Assembly: GCA_964276515.1 (NCBI GenBank)
Contig: OZ193909.1
Coordinates: forward strand, 8,990,001-9,054,000
DNA length: 64,000 nt
Direction: 5' to 3'
Source of the DNA: Gordius albopunctatus
Taxonomy: Eukaryota
Shown: positions 54,301 to 64,000 of the stretch, in pieces
Numbering within the stretch: position 1 is the first letter of the stretch
How the letters are laid out: each line of letters opens with the position of its first letter
The notes under the pieces: generated by a model
Told to the model about the DNA's origin: nothing
What the model saw: only the letters and a program-made list of their open reading frames with translations
The model's database searches: none
Made by a program: the position numbers and the translations under genes

Positions 54301-57300
54301 AAATTAAAGCCAATCAGCGTTCATTAACTAGTCTATTTGCGAAAGCGAAATAAAAGTAATTTTGAGAAGCATAAGTCCACAGCCATTAAAAACCTCTATA
54401 GGTTCCATAGCCATTATTGAAAAATTGCAAGTTGGACAGGACGAACGGACACCCAAAAACGAACCCATATATTGCATAGCAATTAATAGCAATTAATAAT
54501 GATGTCGTTATTACGTTTAGAAATGGAGAGTTAGAAAAGTATATCATATTAGTTCAGTAGAATTAGTTACTTCCATACAATAACATGAATATATTGCGTA
54601 TACATGTCTTTCTATCTTGCTGGGTGGTTACGGATCAACATATCATATATATGATATATGTAGTTAGAAGCATATTTGGACAACTATGTAAAAATTCAGA
54701 GTTAATAACGTAATTTAATTTACATCGGTAACTTTAATAAAATCTAAATTTAATAGCAGTACTCACGTTTTAGAATTTTCAATAGTTTACCCGACCTTAA
54801 ACATACACCCTTTTAAGTAACCGCATAACAATGTGATTATGCCCTCCTATATAATCATTAACTAGCTGGAAAATTTTGACCTTGATCTATATTAAACTGT
54901 CTTATCAGCTAAAAAATTATATATCTGAAGAAAGGAATTTATGTCCCATATTGTAGCCCCCTTAAGTATCCCTTATCGATCTGCAATGTATGGCAACCCC
55001 AGCCGACCAATCTAAGTTTTTAAATTGTTAACCTAATAATTTTACAAAATTAAAATTTTACTAACCCAAATATCAAAATTTTTGTTTTCTAAAACTAGAG
55101 CCAGATTATGCTTTTTAAAAATTAAAAATGGCGTTATTCCAAAAACATCTTTGTGGTCACATTTTTACTTTGATATTTAGTTTAAAACAAACCCTACCAG
55201 ATTTGAGCAAATCAGTTTTTTTCCCCGTGCAGGATATTATTATATTTCAAGCCATATATCTGCTACAATAGGCGGACTTTTTTTCTACCTACTAGTCACG
55301 ATTGACTCGATGCCTAAGTAAAAACGACTTTTGCAGAAATATAAGTTTCCATAGCAATTAAAAATTAAATTTAAATTTGGACAAGACGAACATGACAGGC
55401 AACCCAAAAGCGAGCCCATAAATTACATAACATTCAATATAACTTAAATAAATTAACATCTAAATTCTAATTTAACCAGAGTTCACTTAATTTATAACTT
55501 CCTAGCTTCAACCAGAATCAAGTCCAAACTTATTTGACCAAAACTTAATATGGTAAAAAAATTAATTAATACTTTTACTAAAAAGTTTATGTAGTAAGAG
55601 AATATTTTGAACATTAATTATATTGCTAGTGCTACCGTATATTGTAGTGTTTGTACTTAAAAAACACTTCTTCCCATTTTTCTAATATCGATGTAATGAA
55701 ATGATGTCGTCTCGAATTTGTTTTCATGCTCAAAATTATAAATACCAATTTTCCTACTCAATAAGGCTATAAAATTTATATATTAAATAGTATTCACACT
55801 AGGATTACCTTTTAAATTTAAGATAGATATGGCTTTCATCTATTTTATTTGTTGAGTGGATCAATCAAATGCTATTTAATTGTAACTTATCCACTACTAA
55901 GGGCTCGTCTTAATATACGATTCAACTTCAAAGCACCATATTTTTTTTGTCTAAATATGCGATATAAAGGTCGTGGAATCAACAATTTTAGTTTAGTTAC
56001 CATATGAATTTGCATTAATAAGCGTAATTAAAAGATAAATATTTGTTTTATGAGCAAAAACACAAAAATAGAACAAAAATGAAGTGACACTCGAATTAAG
56101 ACGCTTCAATGTTCAAACATGCATTCGATTTTTGAATCTAGATTCAAAATCGCATATTAGGACGCGCCCTAATTCAAACGAGTTATCGCACATTTAATAA
56201 AAATATATTAAAGGGTGGAGTATATATATTAGACAAGGCCCCGTACTTAAAAGCAAATTTAAGCAACGATGATTTATTGAAAACATTTTTTAGTCCATTT
56301 AGGATGGGCTTCGAGCTTTAAATCAACATATATATTTAATTAAACCCAAATTTTAACCCATGCAACCCTTTAAATTCTACAGGTTTAAATCTTGCTGTTG
56401 GATTCCACTGTTAAAAGGTGGTGGTAATTGGAGTATGCTATTAACTGGTGACCTAAGACCACGTCGAGATAATGGGCTTCGTAATAGGGCGCCCACTTCA
56501 GGTGTGCCTCCAATCGTTCGTTTTCAAATGGGATGCAATCAAACTTATGTTATACCTGGTAAATTACATGCAATGATAATTTGACAACTAATTTTATAAC
56601 CACAAAAAAATTAGGCAATTAAACTAAGCATGGATCATAATTAAAATAAAATATTTTTACTAATAATAAAAACACCCATAACATAAAAAATAGTTGTAAA
56701 ACCTAATTAATTATGTGTAATTCTGTGGCGTCAAAGTTATTTTATCATAATATTCGCGACATGATTTCTGGCATTATTTGATAGCTTTTGGGGTTAACAA
56801 TTGGCTTCCTCAAGTCATACGAATAGAAAATTTTATTTATTGAGGTTGTCAATTTTTAAATTTTCTCGTTGAAATGATTTTTCCATAAAGAGAGAAATTA
56901 ACTTTGTTTAAACAACTCTTATAGATGATAATAATGTTTATAAATGCATAAGAACGCTAAGGAGAGCTAAGTGGTTTTAGAAAATTGTTATAATATTAAA
57001 TTTTTGGTAGCCAAGAGCACTTCGATTTATTTAACTAGATGGCATGCCTACGACAATATATTTAAAGTCAACTTAGAGTAAATTTCATTTATCAAATTTT
57101 GATGAGTTACTTCCATATTGATCTGGTAAGTGCCATCTCTTGATTAATCATCTTATTTTCACAACTTTGTCCGTTTGTCCCTTCCACATGACACGAGGTC
57201 ATCCTTTTCCTCTCTTCCCCAAAACTACAGGTCTTGTGGTTTTCAATTTACATCATTTCTCTCTTAGTATATGCCCATATCACCTAAGCCTATTTTCGTT

Positions 57301-60300
57301 AATCAAGTCCACCAGACGTTTAATACCCATTTTTGTCATGAGAAAGTTATTCGTCATATGGTCGATCTTAGTATACCCCAGGCTTCACCCTATCATTCTC
57401 AACTGCGTGGCTTGTATTTGCATTTCTTCCATGCTGTTAACGGTTTCACCGGTCTTACGTTGGATTCGTACATGTTGGTATTTTCCTGTGGCACAATACT
57501 CGTACATAGTTTGGCATTTAAGCCACCCTTTTTGAATTTGGGCAAATACTTTATTTGCGCAACCTCCCTCTTAATGTAACATCGACTCGAGGTATGTAAA
57601 GCTGTCAAATTTAGGCAAATATTTAGCGACGGAGTGCCTGTAACGTTCATCTTCATGTATACCGTTTATGATCGCTAATCTTTCAACAATATTCAGCCAA
57701 ACGCTATGACCATTTTTCGAATTTTTTGAATACTTTCTCCTTTTCTTCGCATAGTACTATATGATCGGCATATAGCATACCATAGACCATGGCGATGGCT
57801 TTTAAATTTCTCTAGTTATCGTGTCCATAATTGTATGAAATAAAAAGTGACTTAGAGCAGATCCTTGATGTAATCTAATTTCAACCCGAAAAGTTTAGAG
57901 GGTCCAACTGTCGTCCTAACGGACGAATTTGAGGCTTTGTAAATATTTTAATAAACCGTATATATGCATCAAGGTATTTTTTTTCTCAAGCACCGCATAT
58001 TAAATCGCTAGGGACCGTGTCATAAGCTTTCTCCAAGTCGATAAAGACCATATGTAGGTCTCTTTTCTTTTCACCATATATCCGTCATTTTTCCTAGTAC
58101 GAAGATCGGGTTGATTATGGTTTTGCCTACGAAAGAATACGAATTGGTTAACCAATATTTCCACCTCGTTTTTCAGTTTCGATAAGCTTCAAGGAGTGGC
58201 AGCTATATATCTCTGTAATGGCCACATACCTAAGAATCTCTTTTTCCTTAAGGATATAATTGTTAATTCGCCCTTCTACTAATATCCGGCTAAAGAGATT
58301 TGTTATGGTCGTGACTCATTCTTCTCGGCGTCCGATCCATGCTTTCATGGAGTTTTAAATGATCTTTTATGCTTTAGATTTTAAAAATATACTCTATTAT
58401 TATGTCCAGTCACAATTCAATTAAGAAATATTTTTTTACCGGCTAGCAGCATTTTGCAAATATTTTTTCCCAATGCCTTCATTCATTTCATGGAACCAAT
58501 TTTTTCCAATTTGGGATTTTTTTCATAGCTTGCAAACGTATGAAAAAATTATCTAGCGTCACATTTAATTATTTCGCTCAATTGCCTATCTACAAACTTT
58601 CTAGTTGTTCTTCCACATTGGCGTTGCCAGGATTGAAATTCGAGGGGGGAAATAAAGATTTAGGGTGGGGTAAATTAACATTTTTTGAATTTTTACCATA
58701 ATTTGATAAAATTTTAAAGATTTTTTGGATTTAGAGGCTCCTCCCTGCCACCTTCTGGCTAGGCCCATAGTCTTCCGTGTTCTTTGTTTTTGAAGCCAAA
58801 GTTTTTTAAATTTTTTAAACATTAAAGCACTCAAAATCAATGGTCCCCGCTCATCGTAATTTCTATGCATAAATGTGGACAAGTTTAACGATAATTTAAC
58901 AGATGTTATATAATAATTATATTTCTGTGAGTGAATACTTTATACAATAAGGAATTGCGCCCAAGGAAAAAATCTGGCTTTAACTATGGTATCAGTATAA
59001 AAAAAAGTGATATGCATGCAGAGGTTGTTCAAAGTGAGCCTAAGAATTTTGTTAGGTAGGATGATGGAGTTTCAATATTATAAAACAATTTATACAATAA
59101 ATGTATTTCATATTTTTATTATTTTATAGTTGCTTTCACATTAACTAAAACAATAAAATTTCAAATGATATTATAGATCAGCCTATAGGCCATAAATAAC
59201 ATCGAACATTTTTTTGAATTGAAAAATAGCGATTTTTAGAAACTCTGCTATCATAAATATCGATTGCTCTAGTTTAAAAAATTTTTGACATGACCTAAAA
59301 ACACTTTTATGGAAAAAATTGGAAATAGTTTGAAGATTTTTATTTAGGGCTCTTTAATTTTTTATGGCTACGATAGCTCGGGTCTCCCTTAATATAAATT
59401 TGGATACAAAATTATAATCCACTTTATTCATAAATATAATAGTTTTCTTTTAAAGACAGATACAGAGAATACCTCTTTAAATAATTTAATTACTTTGGTT
59501 TTTATCGACTATGTTTAAAATGGAGCCTAATTAATATTTGTGTGGGTATTAGTTATAATAGCTGGAGTGCGGATTATTAATTTTATGAGACCTTACCCCA
59601 CCAGTTTTCGTTTAAATTTTTAGTTTGGACAATTATGATAATTGTCACCAAGATAAAACCACAAAACATTTTTTTTTCATTTTTAATAATTTTATGACAC
59701 CCTAACCCACCAATTTATATTGAGATTTTTTGTTTAGATCTAAGTAAAATATAAATTTTGCGAATTAAGACAACTCTATTGAAAATAAATCAAAAATATT
59801 TTTTTTCAATTTATTTTATTAAAAATTTTTTTAACTGTACAAATATATATATGAGTATAGGAATTTCCAACTTTACATAGGTAAAAAATTTAAGAGGCAC
59901 ATTTATTTGAACCATAATATATATATTTATAATTTATTCTAATTTGTTTTATCACTTAATCATACAATTTAATTTTATATTTATTTATATGGTAAAATGA
60001 ATTTTTAATTCATATTATTTTTGTCTAAAAATAAGGATTGGGTCGGACTGAGTTCGGCCTCGGATGGGTATAAACATTTTGAATAAGGTTAGGTCTGAAC
60101 AGATTAAAGAATAAACATTGGGTTTAGCCGATAGGGTTGTGTTCAAAATATAAATTTAATTCCTTTTAAAAGAATAAAGTAGCTCTCCTACCTGCACTTC
60201 TTAACCGTACATATTTTGTTCTAAATTTTGCGACACTTAGAGCTGAAACTTTTCTAGAAGATTAGTATCTAATTTCAGAATGTGGCAAAGAAAACTAAAG

Positions 60301-61478
60301 CGATAAATATTTTAAATTTTTTTAATTAAACTTTGAGATTTATTTATCTATCGCTTTTTAGAATTTCAAATCAAAAAATAAGCTCTGATTCTGATATAAA
60401 CCAAAAGAACTGTTAAGGTCTGAATAAGGATGTCGTTTGGAAACCTTAATACCTAATATTAGGTCCCGCATTGGTGAATAGAACTCAAACCCCAGTTTGG
60501 GTTAATATTTTGAAAGCCATATCGATGGCACCTTATTTTTTATATCTAGGGTAAAGCTGATACTTTTTGATGAGGATCGATTTTGAATTTTATCAAGTTG
60601 GATTTTAATTGAAATCTCGAATTTGTTTTGGTTACAAAATAACAATTTCGCACTCTTACCTATACATATTGTTTTTCGATTATTAGTGACAGATCCTGAT
60701 GGTGATCGTATACGATGCCGTTTTGCGACCAACAGCCAAGAATGCGGTGGAGTTTGCAATTCGTTTACTAATGCCAAGATTAATGAGGTATTTAATTTTC
60801 ATGACTCAAAACAGCAAACTTACCCATATTTATTATTAATTATAATATCTATTTAAACTTAAAATTTGACATGAGTGTCCCAAATCGCTTTTGAACACTA
60901 GTTTTTACGCATAAAAGATATAGTATAATCCATTAAATCATTGTCATGACGAAAATTAACAAACAAAATAAGAGATATTTTCTTTACGATGTTGTAGAAA
61001 TATCATAATTTAAATTAAATTATTGAGCCTACATAAATAATTATAAATATTAACAATCGTTATATAATTTGTATATAAATTGAAGTTTTAGAGGTCATAT
61101 TAAACTTTCATATAAAAGGATTGGCTCAAGTTTATAGCAATTAAATTATATTTTTAAGATAGAATCATTATTAATCAAATGCATTTTTTATTAGAGAACT
61201 TGCACTTTGTATTATGAACCTTCTTCAAGTGTGGACGAAGAAGGATTTTTTGCCGTAAGCATCGTTATTGAAGACTTCGCACAGGCTGGAGGACGTGAAC
61301 CACTAAGCCAAGTACCGCTTCAATTTTTGGCTCAGATTATTTATTCAGATCTTCCTTGCTATGCTTCTCCACACTTTATCGACTCCCTTACACCTTTGGA
61401 TAATACTTGTATTAGCGTGCCTTTAAATAGAACCTATCACGGACAAATAGTAGCGGATTCAAAAGATAGGGCAATACG
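27327..61478 (+). CDS. Uncharacterised Cys-rich secreted/extracellular protein (HFRGG family; 5 exons, 3' end beyond the window)
   Basis: Exons 27327-27431 (signal-like MLFNLAIIFLLF..THFRGGMLTW), 46183-46430 (INICYRIAWRRS..FQCTDFSVINDWTSG), 56383-56558 (CCWIPL..RDNGLRNRAP..PPIVRFQMGC), 60687-60787 (VTDPDGDRIRCRFA..ECGGVC), 61195-61478 (CTLYY..AVSIVIEDF..PLSQVPLQFL); GT-AG, phases 0,2,1,0 all compatible, 304 codons without stops. Confidence 0.85.
30194..30886 (-). mobile_element. Non-autonomous Helitron
   Basis: Minus strand A|TCTAATATATAAAAA ... GGCAAAACAACGTTTGCC..CAGCTAG|T. Confidence 0.8.
31010..31492. mobile_element. hAT-type MITE
   Basis: 8-bp TSD GTTGGGAT (31002-31009 and 31493-31500); TIR CAGAGACCAGATTTG / CAAATCTGACCACTG; subterminal GCCCG/CGGGC repeats. 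Confidence 0.9.
32677..34363. mobile_element. Foldback-like (Mutator/FB-type) element
   Basis: 10-bp direct repeat CCAGATATTA on both sides (32667-32676, 34364-34373); left array of TGCTAAGTATTT units, right array of AAATACTTAGCA units; central inverted G/C-run arrays at 33285-33740. Confidence 0.7.
34508..35075 (-). mobile_element. HINE-like element, 5'-truncated
   Basis: aaaactcgggccttcggccctcgtgggaagggg (reverse of the 3' hairpin) followed by family body sequence. Confidence 0.8.
35313..37127 (+). mobile_element. HINE-like composite (two 5' ends, near 35313 and 36269; one 3' hairpin)
   Basis: 5' TTGCTATGCAATTTATGGG followed by a (GTCC)n microsatellite at 35348-35368, ~310-bp and ~120-bp internal tandem units, subTIR near 36997-37013, hairpin GGGCCGAAGGCCC near 37107-37119. 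Confidence 0.8.
41088..42724 (-). mobile_element. Internally deleted hAT transposon (Tip100/ZMYM1-PRKRIR-like)
   Basis: 8-bp TSD AGTCAGAT (41080-41087, 42725-42732); TIR CAAGGGCGTAG / CTACGCGCTTG; transposase C-terminal remnant inside. Confidence 0.9.
41377..42260 (-). pseudogene. hAT transposase C-terminal part with hATC dimerisation domain
   Basis: ISLCETRWTQKH (an in-frame stop follows), LSNYLQRINIDL, YYRVSLHNSFLD, ILATLPVTTCSNERCFSALERLKTYLRNTMGQER; the N-terminal catalytic region is missing. Confidence 0.88.
43506..45027 (-). mobile_element. HINE-like element, full length, interrupted by a hAT MITE
   Basis: Hairpin end at 43506-43530, (GGAC)n at 44972-44993, terminus CCCATAAATTGCATAGCAATT; near-identical to the reverse complement of 35313-36020. 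Confidence 0.85.
44081..44694. mobile_element. hAT-type MITE with long internal inverted repeats
   Basis: 8-bp TSD CAGGGAAC (44073-44080, 44695-44702); TIR TAGTGGTGATCAAAACCTAGGTT / AACCTAGGTTTTGATCATCACTA; empty site visible in the paralogous HINE at about 35642. Confidence 0.92.
47709..50797 (-). mobile_element. Full-length RTE-clade LINE
   Basis: Single APE+RT ORF, (GAA)n tail directly after the stop codon, TSD (GTT)AATCCTTTCCTCCAT at 47691-47708 and 50795-50812, short 5' UTR. Confidence 0.96.
47727..50705 (-). pseudogene. RTE APE endonuclease-reverse transcriptase ORF with several frameshifts
   Basis: SWNVGTL, ACLQETRW, NGVGI, ICAYSPQ, NQFGFVAGKST, VFIDLEKAYD, MLYADDIV, FTYLGS, VRPVLLYGSETW, RLRWYGHV, RGRGRPR. 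Confidence 0.93.
50747..50798 (-). ncRNA. Twister self-cleaving ribozyme (3' cleavage product) at the RTE 5' end
   Basis: Minus strand U/AACACUACCAACGACGGUCCCAAGUCCGUGUGAAAAAAGUGGAGGGUUGGC: P2 CACU/AGUG, P4 ACGG/CCGU, loop UCCCAAGU, AC/GU and CC/GG pseudoknot partners, GAGGG segment; closely follows the P1-type twister consensus. Confidence 0.85.
50795..52446 (-). pseudogene. Hermes/hobo-like transposase, frameshifted, two small introns, C-terminal hATC domain lost
   Basis: BED finger KSPVW..CKFC..(intron)GTTHLKRH, DLRAFESVYDDGF, P.PTTLSRNI, (intron 51756-51800) TTDLWTD, FVTDQGSNMKKA, NCTAHLIN, VETRWNS, LNPKYRNL. Confidence 0.9.
52611..52884. repeat. Tandem duplication of ~137 bp upstream of the hAT transposase
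   Basis: atggaaaagtttcctatt...gggggtggcgttctt occurs at 52611-52744 and 52748-52884. Confidence 0.9.
55901..56169. mobile_element. PIF/Harbinger-type MITE
   Basis: TAA|GGGCTCGTCTTAATAT ... ATATTAGGACGCGCCC|TAA; related to 23342-25333. Confidence 0.8.
57110..58350 (-). mobile_element. Decayed RTE LINE (RT region)
   Basis: Colinear with the intact RTE: FIDLEKAYDTVP, LHQGSALS, MLYADH and the 3' region, with many indels. Confidence 0.85.
58616..58769. mobile_element. hAT-type MITE (CATGGGCGTAGCC family)
   Basis: cattggcgttgccagg ... ctggctaggcccata; reverse orientation of 10154-10321. Confidence 0.6.
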
Positions 61479-61615
61479 GTAATTTCTCATACCTCTGTGA
61501 TAACAATTTTCATTACAAAACAAATTTGGTTTATTCATTCTTGGATCAATCAAAGTTTAGGGGAAGCACGATAATGTTGGGATGGATTCATGTAAATTTA
61601 ATTAATTAGAAATAT

Positions 61616-63462
61616 CCTCCTCTTCTTCTTCTTTATCAGTTATTTGGTCCCACAGTCGTAAGGTTTATTTTAATAAGTTTCTTCCAGCTTGAACGGGTAA
61701 GTGCCATGTCTTGACTAATCTATTTCGTTTTCATAACTATATTAACTTGCCATTTCACGTGACACGTGGTCGTCCTCTTTATCTCTTCGACGGTACCTCC
61801 ATGTCTAGTAATTTCGAAATCATGCCCGCAATAGGTTAAATGCCCGTTTTTGTCATGAGAAAGTCATTCGTCATATGGTCGAGCTTAGTATACCCCAAGC
61901 TCCATCGTATCATTCTCATCTTTGTGTGTTTAATGTCCATGTTTCACTTCCATAGAGTAACACCGGTCTTACGATGGATTTGTAAGCTTTGCTCTTTAAC
62001 CATATTGGCATTTTCTAATGGCACATTACACCGGATATACTTAGCTATTTAAGCTACCTTTTTGGATCGGGAATGACATCCGTTGCGCAACCTCCCTCTT
62101 GATGTAGCGAGCCGAGGTATGTAAACCTGTCTACTTTTGGGTACTTTAGAGGGTCATCCAGCGATAGACTGCTTTTACGTTTTTTGATCGTTGACCTTTA
62201 CCCCATATCCAGCTAAGCGATTTGACCACTTTTCGGTTTCTTCGAATACTTTCTCCCTTGTTTCCTCCCATAGTACTATATCAATAGCATTCACCATGGC
62301 GATGGCTTTTGAATGTCCCTCGTTATCCTGTCTATAATTATATTAAATAGAAAGGGGCTTAAAGCAGATTCTTGATGTAATCCAATTTTAACCCTAAAAG
62401 ATTTAGTCTCCAACTTCGTCCTAACGCAAGAGTTTGAGCCTTCATAAATATTTTTTATAAGCCGTATATATGCGTCAGAGATATTTTGTTTTCTCAGGCA
62501 CTTTTTCTTTTCTGTCATGATCCGTAACAAGGGAAAGATGTTGCCTGGCGATTCCTTCTCCCGGGATCACTTTTCAATCCTTGATATTTCATAAGTCCTT
62601 TCGCCGTATGAGCAGATAGTCAATCTGACTAAAATGCTTCCAACGTTTATGAGTCTAAATATGATCTTCGCGTTTTTGATATTGGTGTTAACGATCGCCA
62701 TGTCATATGCTTGGAATACTTGGAGCAGTTTTTCCCCTTCTTTGTTCTTCAGACCATGCCCACAGCCTCCATGATTGCGTTCATACCCGAGGCGATCTTT
62801 ATTTACGTGAGCCATGACATCCGCCCCAGTAATTAGTCTTTCTCCCTGTTCTATTTCTTATATTTCCTTTTCCAATGAATCTAAGAATATGTCTTTCTCT
62901 GATTCCAAACACCCAATTTGGGGAGCATACGCGCACCTAACGGTAAGGAGGCCCCCTTGATCTCCAATCTTCAATTAGCCTGTCGAACAACGCTTGACTT
63001 CCACCACCTTGCCCTTGAACGATTTGCTTAGAACGATACCGACGCTTTTTTACGATTTGGTGACCCATTGTAGAATAGTTTGTATTCTTCTTCTAACTCC
63101 GTAGCTTTGGTTCCCTTCCACCTCGTCTCTTGTAGGGAGGCAATGTGTACCTTTCTTCTTTTTAGCATTAGTGCGACCCCGATGCTCTTTCCCATCAACA
63201 TTCTAGCATGTTATTCGCATTCTTTCCACAACTAATTTCCTTAATCGCCTTCGTTGTGAGTTAAGCAGTACCCTAGTGTATTTTTCACATTGCACAGGCG
63301 GGGTATGCAGTGCGCGTCGTTTGTGGAGGATGCCCTAGCTTGTTTTAAAATTTTGTTTGAAACTATTATGATTACGGTGTTAGTTTTTATAGCCGGTTTC
63401 CTACCTGACGCCAACCCTCCGCTTTTTGCACACAGACTTGGGACCGTCTTAGGAAGTCTATG
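61616..63462 (-). mobile_element. Internally deleted RTE LINE retaining both ends
   Basis: 5' UTR and APE (62520-63460) joined to the RT 3' part (61630-62500) and (GAA)n tail; candidate TSD attagaaatat / attaaaaatat. Confidence 0.88.
63410..63460 (-). ncRNA. Degenerate twister ribozyme remnant at the 5' end of the second RTE
   Basis: UAGACUUCCUAAGACGGUCCCAAGUCUGUGUGCAAAAAGCGGAGGGUUGGC keeps the core GGUCCCAAG..GGAGGG but P2 and the cleavage segment are mutated. Confidence 0.6.
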
Positions 63463-64000
63463 ATTAAAAATATTCTAAAGTTTATTAAACAAATATCAAA
63501 ATTTATTACCGCCATACAACCCCAAATAATTCATCTATATTTAGCAAAAATCCCATTGGAAATTGTAAAATCAAACACAATTGCCTGCTCACTAACCCTA
63601 ATTTATAAATTGTGTAAGATATAGTGCATAGCATATATATCGCTTTCTTTATAATGGACTTAATCGAACAAGTTAAAAATATTATATTTTCCCCTATTAT
63701 CAACTCAAAACATTTGTAATTGATTCTCGAAATTTTCGCTTCCCATCGTTTCGCGATCATTAACAAAACAATTGAGAAATTTTTGACAAAAACCTCCAAA
63801 TTATAAAAAAAAAAAATTCAAAGTATATTGCAAGAGTGACAAAAACATATACATGGTAATAGAGGGTGTAAGTTTTATGCGAAATAAGGAGAAAAACCTG
63901 ATTGATGGCCCTTTTCTCTCCTACTAGTGTGCAGGAGGTGTTTCAAGATATTCAAAGTTATAGAAAAACGTTGTAACTACAAATAGCTGTTTTATACCTA

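Larger units (their letters stand above)
46500..54484 (-). mobile_element. Older HINE-like element (outer layer of the nested stack); left boundary uncertain
   Basis: ~290-bp diverged repeat units at 46570 and 46850 resume at 54196 and end in ggacgaacggacacccaaaaacgaacccatatattgcatagcaatt (family 5' terminus on the minus strand). Confidence 0.5.

Noticed and set aside
63936..63990. Candidate sixth exon of the secreted-protein gene after gtgcag
   Set aside because: Required frame reaches a stop within about 17 codons with no family motif.

Overview
AT-rich, intron-containing animal genomic DNA (invertebrate-like; taxon cannot be fixed from this window). Host genes: the last exon of vinculin (+), a complete 9-exon VPS26 (-, 334 aa), a complete 11-exon NOA1 circularly permuted GTPase (+, 704 aa), and the first five exons of an uncharacterised Cys-rich secreted protein (HFRGG / DPDGD..RC..ECGGVC / PLSQVPLQFL type) whose 10-19 kb introns are filled with transposons. 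Many other introns are only 32-47 nt. TEs include a full-length RTE LINE whose 5' end is a twister ribozyme starting at the cleavage site, a four-level nested stack (Helentron-like element > hAT MITE > hobo/Hermes-like hAT > RTE), a Tip100-like hAT derivative inside a pogo-like MITE, non-autonomous Helitrons, a DINE-1/HINE-like family carrying tRNA-like B-box repeats, Harbinger/hAT/pogo MITEs, a foldback-like element and decayed CRE-type LINEs. No search tools were run; family calls rest on motifs read by eye.
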